Source: an uncultured Kiloniellales bacterium
GTDB lineage: Bacteria > Pseudomonadota > Alphaproteobacteria > Kiloniellales > JAKSDN01
NCBI GenBank assembly: GCA_947258885.1
Contig: CAMYKD010000003.1
Span: forward strand, 5,446-69,445
Length of the DNA: 64,000 nucleotides
Reading direction: 5' to 3'
Position 1 is the stretch's first letter; each line of letters starts with the position of its first letter. Both the position numbers and the translations under genes were made by a program. Below are positions 58,632 to 64,000 of this stretch, one piece after another. The notes beneath the pieces were generated by a model. The model did no database searches and was not told where the DNA came from. It saw only the letters and a program-made list of their open reading frames with translations.

Positions 58632-59879
58632 ATGACCCCGGCCGGCAAGCTGGCGCCACAGGAGTGGATGACCGCGCCGGCGACGCAGGCCGTGCTCGAG
58701 GCCCTGGGCGCCGACGGGGCGGAGGTGCGCTTTGTCGGCGGTTGCGTGCGCGACGCCCTGGTCGGTCGGCCCGTCAACGACGTGGATCTCGCCACGGCCG
58801 ATCCGCCGGAAACGGTCATCGCGCTGCTCCGACGCGCCGGCCTGAAGGCCGTGCCGACCGGGCTCGATCACGGCACGGTCACTGCGATCTCGCACCACCG
58901 GCCCTTCGAGGTCACTACCCTGCGCCGAGACGTCGAGACCCACGGCCGCCACGCGACGGTCGCGTTCACCGACGACTGGAAGGCCGACGCGGCCCGCCGC
59001 GACTTCACCTTCAACGCGCTGTCGTGTCGCCCCGATGGCACGCTCTACGACCCCTTCGGCGGGCAGGGCGACTTGGCGGCCGGGCGCGTGCGCTTCGTCG
59101 GCGACGCCCGCGAGCGCATCGAGGAGGACTATCTGCGCCTGCTGCGCTTCTTCCGGTTCCAGGCCCACTACGGGCGCAGCGACCCGGACCCGGAGGGCTT
59201 GGCCGCGGCGACGGCGCTGGCTCCGGAGCTGGCGTTCCTGTCCGGCGAGCGAATCCGCAACGAGCTGTTCCGGCTGCTCGAGGCCGAAGCGCCGGTGCCG
59301 GTGCTCGAGGTGATGCGAAGCCGGCGCATCCTGGACGCGGTGTTGCCGCAGTTGGGCGACAGCGCCATGCTCGAGGCGCTGCTCGCGCTGCGAGTCGAGC
59401 CGTCGGGGCCGGAGGTTCTGCTGCGTTTGGGCGCGCTGGTCGAGGGCGGCCCAGCCGCAGCCACGGCCCTCGCCGACCGGCTGCGCCTCTCGCGGGCCGA
59501 GCGGGAGCGGCTCGCCGGCATGCTCGATCCGCCACAGGATCTCGGGATCGACTGCGACGGACGGGCGTTGCGCCGGGCATTCTACGGCCTCGGGGCGGAG
59601 CGCGCCGCCGACCTTCTGCGACTCGACTGGGCGCACCGTCAGGCGGCCGGGACGGCCGTGGAAGACTCCATGGCCCGGCGGGCCCTGGCTGCAGCCGCCG
59701 CCTGGCGTCCGGTGACGTTTCCCCTCAAGGGGCGCGACGCGCTCAGGCTCGGCATGGCGCCCAGCGAATCCGTCGGCCGCCTGCTCGCCGAGGTCGAGGC
59801 CTGGTGGGTTACCCAGGACTTCCGGCCGGGGCGCGCGGCGTGCCTGGAACGCCTAAAGCTGCTGGCTGCGGCGCGTTGA
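58632..59879 (+). CDS. cca: CCA-adding tRNA nucleotidyltransferase (PolyA_pol head domain family)
   Basis: Start MTPAGKL. VRFVGGCVRDALVGRPVNDVDLAT...VPTGLDHGTVT......FEVTTLRRD..T.GRHA.V.F..DW..DAARRDFTFNAL follows the family pattern. Confidence 0.85.
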   Translation: MTPAGKLAPQEWMTAPATQAVLEALGADGAEVRFVGGCVRDALVGRPVNDVDLATADPPETVIALLRRAGLKAVPTGLDHGTVTAISHHRPFEVTTLRRDVETHGRHATVAFTDDWKADAARRDFTFNALSCRPDGTLYDPFGGQGDLAAGRVRFVGDARERIEEDYLRLLRFFRFQAHYGRSDPDPEGLAAATALAPELAFLSGERIRNELFRLLEAEAPVPVLEVMRSRRILDAVLPQLGDSAMLEALLALRVEPSGPEVLLRLGALVEGGPAAATALADRLRLSRAERERLAGMLDPPQDLGIDCDGRALRRAFYGLGAERAADLLRLDWAHRQAAGTAVEDSMARRALAAAAAWRPVTFPLKGRDALRLGMAPSESVGRLLAEVEAWWVTQDFRPGRAACLERLKLLAAAR

Positions 59880-59886
59880 TCGAACC

Positions 59887-62742
59887 TCATTCCACCGTGA
59901 AGGCGGTCTCCGCGAGCACGTCGCCGTCGGGCGAGACGATCTGAACGCGCCAGGCGCCGAGCGACAGTTCGGCGCTGCTCCAGGTCCGCCAGCGGACCGA
60001 GGTCCCGATCTCCATGTCGACCGTCGCATAGAGGGCGTCGTCATAGAGCCACACGAAGGACACGTGTGTCGGTGCGCCTGGATTGTCGATCTTGGCGTAG
60101 GCGAAGGCGCGGCCGTCCTGGGGCGAGAAGGTCTTGGCCATGCCGACCGGCTCCCGGTCGACGACATCGCGCGCCATCACAAAGTCCCGCGCGGCGATGT
60201 CCGTTTCCCGTGGCTTCGCCACCGAATCGGGCGTGCTCGCCTCGACCAAGGCGACCGTGACCTCGCGGGGCAGCAGCGATATGGGGGCCATCCGGGACGG
60301 CCCTCCGTTCGTCGGCGCGGCGACCGGCTTTGCCTCCGCGGTGACCGGTTTCGCCGCCGCGATCTGCTGCAGGACCATGCAGTCCTGCTGGCTGTTCTTG
60401 AGCCGCGCGCACATCTGAAAGACCTCGGCCTTGTCCGGCACGGATTCCGTGCGCACGCGGAAATAGGGCACGCCATTGACATCGGCCTTGTAGACCTTCA
60501 GCCGGGCGTCCCCCAAGAGCCCGGGGAAGCGGCCCTTCAGCCGCGTCACTTCCCGCTCGGCGTCCTCTTCCGAGCGAAGGGCGGCCAGTTGGATGACGAA
60601 ATCGCCCTTGGCGACGGCAAAGGCAACCGGCGCGCGCGCCACCTCCACCTGCAAGGGGGCCGTGGTGCTCCTGCTGTCGCCGTTGGCCTCCCGGGCGGTC
60701 GCAGCGACCAGGAGCTCGAATCGGCCGATGGACCCGGCCGGAGGTGTCAGCGTGAGCCCCGCCAGCTCGTCCGGACGGAGGTCCCAGCTGTCGTCGCCGT
60801 TGTCCTGGCCGGCCGAGAGGCGCGCGCCGTCGGGGAGAGCGGAAATCGTCACCGAGAGGGTCTCGGATCCGTCGGCATCGGCCAGTGCCGCGCGGATATC
60901 GAGCGGGATCGCCCGGTCTTCGCCGCCCTTGGCTCCGGTCACGTTCAGGCGGGGTGCATCGGCCTTGGCGGCCACCTCGACAACCAGAAAATCCCTCGTG
61001 CTGGTGCTTTCGCCGTCGATCCTCCGCGCCGTGGCGTCGATCACGAGCCGCAAGGGGCCGGCGAAATCCGGCGGCGGCTTCAGTGCGAGCCCCACCAGCT
61101 CGTCCGGGTTCAGGCTCCAGCTGCCGTCGCCGTTGTCGCGGCCGGCCGAGAGCCGGGCGCCGTCGGGCAGGCCGGAGACAGCGATCGTCAGGGCCGCGGT
61201 GTCGCGGTCACCGGCCAGTGCCGCGCGGATGTCGAGCGGTATGGCTTGATCTTCGGTGCCGCTGGCGTGCGCCGCGTAGAGCGTTGGCACGCTGACGGCC
61301 GGGGGCCGGGCATCCGGTGCTCCGATCGGATCTGCCCGATCCGCCGTCGTCTCGGCCAGGGGATCCATCTCGGGCCCGGGCGCAACTGCCGTGGCCGTGT
61401 CTCTGTCCGATACCTCCGGCCCCTTGTCTGCTGCATCGGACGGCGGCGTCTCGCTCAAGAGAGTCTTGTTCGAGGACCAGGGCCAGGTTCCATAGATCGC
61501 TATGCCCAGGCCGCCCAAGACGAAGCCGGCCAGTAACAGCGCTGCAATCGGCGCGAACACGTCGCTCCGGCGCACAGGTCTGATGTCGGCCGCGGTTACG
61601 AAAAGGTCGCGGGGGAACGGGGCAAGGGCAGGTTCGGTCTCCGCCTTGTCGTACAAGGGAGGTCCGTCCGGAATCTCCAGGGCGGCTTCGCCGGCCGCGC
61701 CCAACGCCCCCCCGGGCCGCTCCGGGTTCCGATCGTCCGACGCCGGGGCCTGGGGGGCCTCGGCCGGCGCACCGGACCCCTCCTGCGCCGCCTCGTCGGA
61801 GCCTTCGGTAGCGGCGGCAGGGTTGCCTGACGGCGGGCCGGCGGCTGCCGATATCGGAATCACAGTTTGATCCCCGGACTCATCCTCCGCGGGTTGGTTT
61901 TCGGAAGGCGCCTCGGCGCGCGCCGCGGGTTCGCTGCGCGCCGAGAACTCTCGAACGGCCGCCTCGACCGTGTCGGCGGAAACGGCGCCGCCGGCCTCGC
62001 GGCCGGCCAGATGCAGGGCCGCCGCGCAGATTTGGTTGACCCGGCGCGGGACGCCTTGGGCGTAGATTGCGATCCGCTCGATGGCCTCGGAGGAGAAGAT
62101 GTCGGAGTCCCAGTCGTCGACGGCCCGCAGGCGGTGCTGGATATAGGATTCCACCTCTATGCGGTCGAGGGGTTCCAATCCACAGTAGGCGGTCGCGGAT
62201 TCCCGCAGGAAGGACAGTTTTGAGCCACACAGGCGGGATACGAGATCCGGCCGGCCGGCAAGAACGACTTGGACCAGCTTTCGCCCGCCAACTTCGAGCT
62301 CGGTGAGCCAGGAGAGGTCCTCCAGCGTACCATTTGTCAAGGTCTGGGCGTCGTCGACCAGGATGACCGCTGTCGTTCCAGTCTCCAGCCGGTCAATCAG
62401 GTGAGCGGCCAAGGCCCGTACGCGCCCCATGCGGTCGTTCGCGTCTTCGGGTACCTGGAGCTCTTCGCAGCAGGCCTCGAGGAGCTCGTCGACGGAGGTC
62501 TTGGCGCAGCGAGGCGATACGACGGGATGGCCGGCCGCCGCGAGCGCCTGTTCGAGCCTGAGCAGCAGCGTCGTCTTGCCGGTTCCGGGCTCGCCCACCA
62601 GCAGGACCACACCCTTCTGTCCGCCAAGGTCCGAAAGAACTCTGTCGCAGGCCGCTCGGGCGGCGGAGTTCAGATAGAAGAACCGCGCATCAGGCGTGCC
62701 CTCGAAGGGGTGTCGACAATCGTTGAAGACTTCGGTTGACAT
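59887..62742 (-). CDS. 951-aa multidomain envelope protein: ExeA/GspA-type AAA+ ATPase, TM helix, 2 Ig/cadherin-like repeats, SPOR-like domain, DUF2914-like domain
   Basis: aa 1-265: HPFEGTPDARFFYLNSAARAACDRVL...VVLLVGEPGTGKTTLL (Walker A, nt 62572-62595), AVILVDDAQ (Walker B) and ...YAQGVPRRVNQIC give an ExeA-like pattern. aa 266-394: Pro/Ala/Glu-rich linker. aa 395-420: TM helix VFAPIAALLLAGFVLGGLGIAIYGTW. aa ~495-705: two ~105-aa repeats. aa ~712-795: FVIQLAALRSEEDAEREVTRLKGRFPGLLG...YFRVRTESVPDKAEVFQMCARLK (SPOR-like). aa ~850-951: DFVMARDVVDREPVG...FAYAKIDNPGAPTHVSFVWLYDD...WRTWSS..LSLGAWRVQIVSPDGDVL (DUF2914-like). Confidence 0.8.
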   Translation of the reverse strand: MSTEVFNDCRHPFEGTPDARFFYLNSAARAACDRVLSDLGGQKGVVLLVGEPGTGKTTLLLRLEQALAAAGHPVVSPRCAKTSVDELLEACCEELQVPEDANDRMGRVRALAAHLIDRLETGTTAVILVDDAQTLTNGTLEDLSWLTELEVGGRKLVQVVLAGRPDLVSRLCGSKLSFLRESATAYCGLEPLDRIEVESYIQHRLRAVDDWDSDIFSSEAIERIAIYAQGVPRRVNQICAAALHLAGREAGGAVSADTVEAAVREFSARSEPAARAEAPSENQPAEDESGDQTVIPISAAAGPPSGNPAAATEGSDEAAQEGSGAPAEAPQAPASDDRNPERPGGALGAAGEAALEIPDGPPLYDKAETEPALAPFPRDLFVTAADIRPVRRSDVFAPIAALLLAGFVLGGLGIAIYGTWPWSSNKTLLSETPPSDAADKGPEVSDRDTATAVAPGPEMDPLAETTADRADPIGAPDARPPAVSVPTLYAAHASGTEDQAIPLDIRAALAGDRDTAALTIAVSGLPDGARLSAGRDNGDGSWSLNPDELVGLALKPPPDFAGPLRLVIDATARRIDGESTSTRDFLVVEVAAKADAPRLNVTGAKGGEDRAIPLDIRAALADADGSETLSVTISALPDGARLSAGQDNGDDSWDLRPDELAGLTLTPPAGSIGRFELLVAATAREANGDSRSTTAPLQVEVARAPVAFAVAKGDFVIQLAALRSEEDAEREVTRLKGRFPGLLGDARLKVYKADVNGVPYFRVRTESVPDKAEVFQMCARLKNSQQDCMVLQQIAAAKPVTAEAKPVAAPTNGGPSRMAPISLLPREVTVALVEASTPDSVAKPRETDIAARDFVMARDVVDREPVGMAKTFSPQDGRAFAYAKIDNPGAPTHVSFVWLYDDALYATVDMEIGTSVRWRTWSSAELSLGAWRVQIVSPDGDVLAETAFTVE
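60628..61260 (-). repeat. Two tandem in-frame ~333-nt coding repeats (111-aa period) inside the ExeA-like gene
   Basis: Repeat 1 (aa 495-600) contains EDQAIPLDIRAALAGDRDTAALTIAVSGLPDGARLSAGRDNGDGSWSLNPDELVGLALKPPPDFAGPLRLVIDATAR. Repeat 2 (aa 606-705) contains EDRAIPLDIRAALADADGSETLSVTISALPDGARLSAGQDNGDDSWDLRPDELAGLTLTPPAGSIGRFELLVAATAR. Confidence 0.85.
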
Positions 62743-63094
62743 CTCGAAAACCAGATCAAGGACCCCCCGGCCACAACGTAAAACCCGCTATCCGACCGCT
62801 ATGAAGAACTCGCGAGCCGCGTTGCATACAGCAACAAATACAGTATCGCGCGGCCTTGTTCAGCAAGGTGGTCTGGATCAAATTTGTGACCGTGGGGGAA
62901 TTCCCGGCGAGAGTCACAGCGCCGACGTGCCGTTCGAGCGAACGAAAGCCACTCTTCGAACGTTGCATCGACGAACTTTGGGTTCGGCCGCGCGCAGCGG
63001 AGCTGCCGCGGTCTTCAGGAGCCTTCCGCTCCTCCGCCAAAGCGGCCGCCGGCCAGCCGTGCGGTCATTCCGATCCGTCGAGGGATGCGGCCGC

Positions 63095-63970
63095 TCACGG
63101 CCAGGCGGCCTCGGGGGGCATGGACATGAGGATCGCCTCGACGTTACCGCCCGTCATCAGGCCGAACTTGGTGCCGCGGTCGTAGAGCAGGTTGAATTCC
63201 GCGTAGCGGCCGCGCCGCATCAGCTGGTGGCGGCGCTGCTCCTCGGTCCAGGGCTCGGCCATGTGCCGGCGGACCAATTCGGGATAGATCTTCAGGAAGG
63301 CCAGGCCGACGTCGCGGGTGAAGGCGAGGTCCGCCTCCCAGTCGCCGCTGTCGACGTAGTCGTAGAAGATGCCGCCGACGCCGCGCGCCTCGCCCCGGTG
63401 CTTGATGAAGAAATACTCGTCGCACCACGCTTTGAAGCGCGGATAATAATCCGGATTGTGGTTGTCGCAGGCGGCCCGGAAGGCGTCGTGGAAGGCCTCG
63501 GTGTCAGCGGCCACCGGGAACATGGGATTGAGGTCCGAGCCGCCGCCGAACCAAGCCTTGGACGTGACCACGTGGCGCGTGTTCATGTGCACTGCCGGGA
63601 CCAGGGGCGAGCGCAGGTGGGCGACCAGGGAGATGCCGCTGGCCCAGAACCGCGGGTCCTCTTCGGCGCCGGGGATCTGCTTGGCGAAGTCGGGTGCGAA
63701 CTCGCCCCAAACCGTCGAGACGTTGACCCCAACCTTCTCGAAGACCCGGCCGCGCAGGATCGACATGACCCCGCCGCCGCCCTCTCCCTCCTGGGCCTCG
63801 CGCTTCCAGGCCTTGCGCTCGAAGCGGCCGGGCGCCACGTGGGCGAAGCGCTCGGCGTTCTTCCCCGACAGCTCGTCCTCGAGCGCCTCGAAGGCGGCGC
63901 AGATCTTGTCGCGGAGCTCGGCGAACCAGGCCGATGCCCGGTCCTTCTGTGCTTGGCTCGGCAGGGTCAT
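63095..63970 (-). CDS. hemF: Oxygen-dependent coproporphyrinogen III oxidase
   Basis: 291 aa. [28 protein letters not shown]...[26 protein letters not shown]...[10 protein letters not shown]...[22 protein letters not shown]...[20 protein letters not shown] are HemF signatures. Confidence 0.9.
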   Translation of the reverse strand: MTLPSQAQKDRASAWFAELRDKICAAFEALEDELSGKNAERFAHVAPGRFERKAWKREAQEGEGGGGVMSILRGRVFEKVGVNVSTVWGEFAPDFAKQIPGAEEDPRFWASGISLVAHLRSPLVPAVHMNTRHVVTSKAWFGGGSDLNPMFPVAADTEAFHDAFRAACDNHNPDYYPRFKAWCDEYFFIKHRGEARGVGGIFYDYVDSGDWEADLAFTRDVGLAFLKIYPELVRRHMAEPWTEEQRRHQLMRRGRYAEFNLLYDRGTKFGLMTGGNVEAILMSMPPEAAWP

Positions 63971-64000
63971 CTCGGCGGGATCCTCACTGTGATGCCGGGA

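Noticed and set aside
60600-61300. Tandem repeats considered as a CRISPR or VNTR array.
   Set aside because: There are only two copies of ~333 nt. They are in-frame inside a long CDS with no spacer-repeat organisation, so they are protein-domain repeats.
62743-63094. 350-bp gap upstream of the ExeA-like gene, including the 94-aa minus-strand ORF 62756..63040.
   Set aside because: The ORF translation (…CICCCMQRGSRVLHSGR…) has no family resemblance and poor coding character. It is most likely the promoter and 5' UTR region. No specific motif could be supported.

Overview
High-GC alphaproteobacterial chromosomal segment. The evidence for that placement is a CcrM methyltransferase, a GTTC-N7-GTTC type box, DUF1285-NUDIX-CCA synteny and a MoxR-DUF58-DUF4159 operon; the order cannot be fixed from sequence alone. 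I support about 56 protein-coding genes, one decayed gene relic and one tRNA-Gln(UUG). I saw no rRNA, CRISPR array, transposase or integrase. Most of the window is core housekeeping: smc, dsbA-like, mutY, ccrM, rnhB, moaB, slt, udg, ETF-QO, ispE, cca and hemF. Many long ORFs in the supplied track are GC-driven antisense shadows or 5' over-extensions, so I re-derived starts by hand where motifs allowed. The regions most worth a second look: (1) a 951-aa single-gene fusion of an ExeA/GspA-type AAA+ ATPase, a TM helix, two Ig/cadherin-like repeats, a SPOR-like domain and a DUF2914-like domain, with no secretion partners nearby (59887-62742). (2) A four-gene MoxR / DUF58 / double-TM-DUF4159 / 694-aa membrane-protein operon with a trailing methyltransferase (49589-57074). 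(3) A lower-GC segment downstream of tRNA-Gln holding a divergent SleB-like hydrolase and ATP-grasp ligase around a roughly 245-bp AT-rich tract, followed by an arsR-arsC-acr3 operon. (4) A probable RquA rhodoquinone gene. (5) A cluster of GAAC/GTTC repeats, a candidate SOS box, at the 5' end of a PA0069/SplB-type radical SAM gene. (6) A GANTC cluster in front of ccrM. (7) Two long palindromic intergenic elements. All functional calls come from motif recognition by eye; no database search was run.
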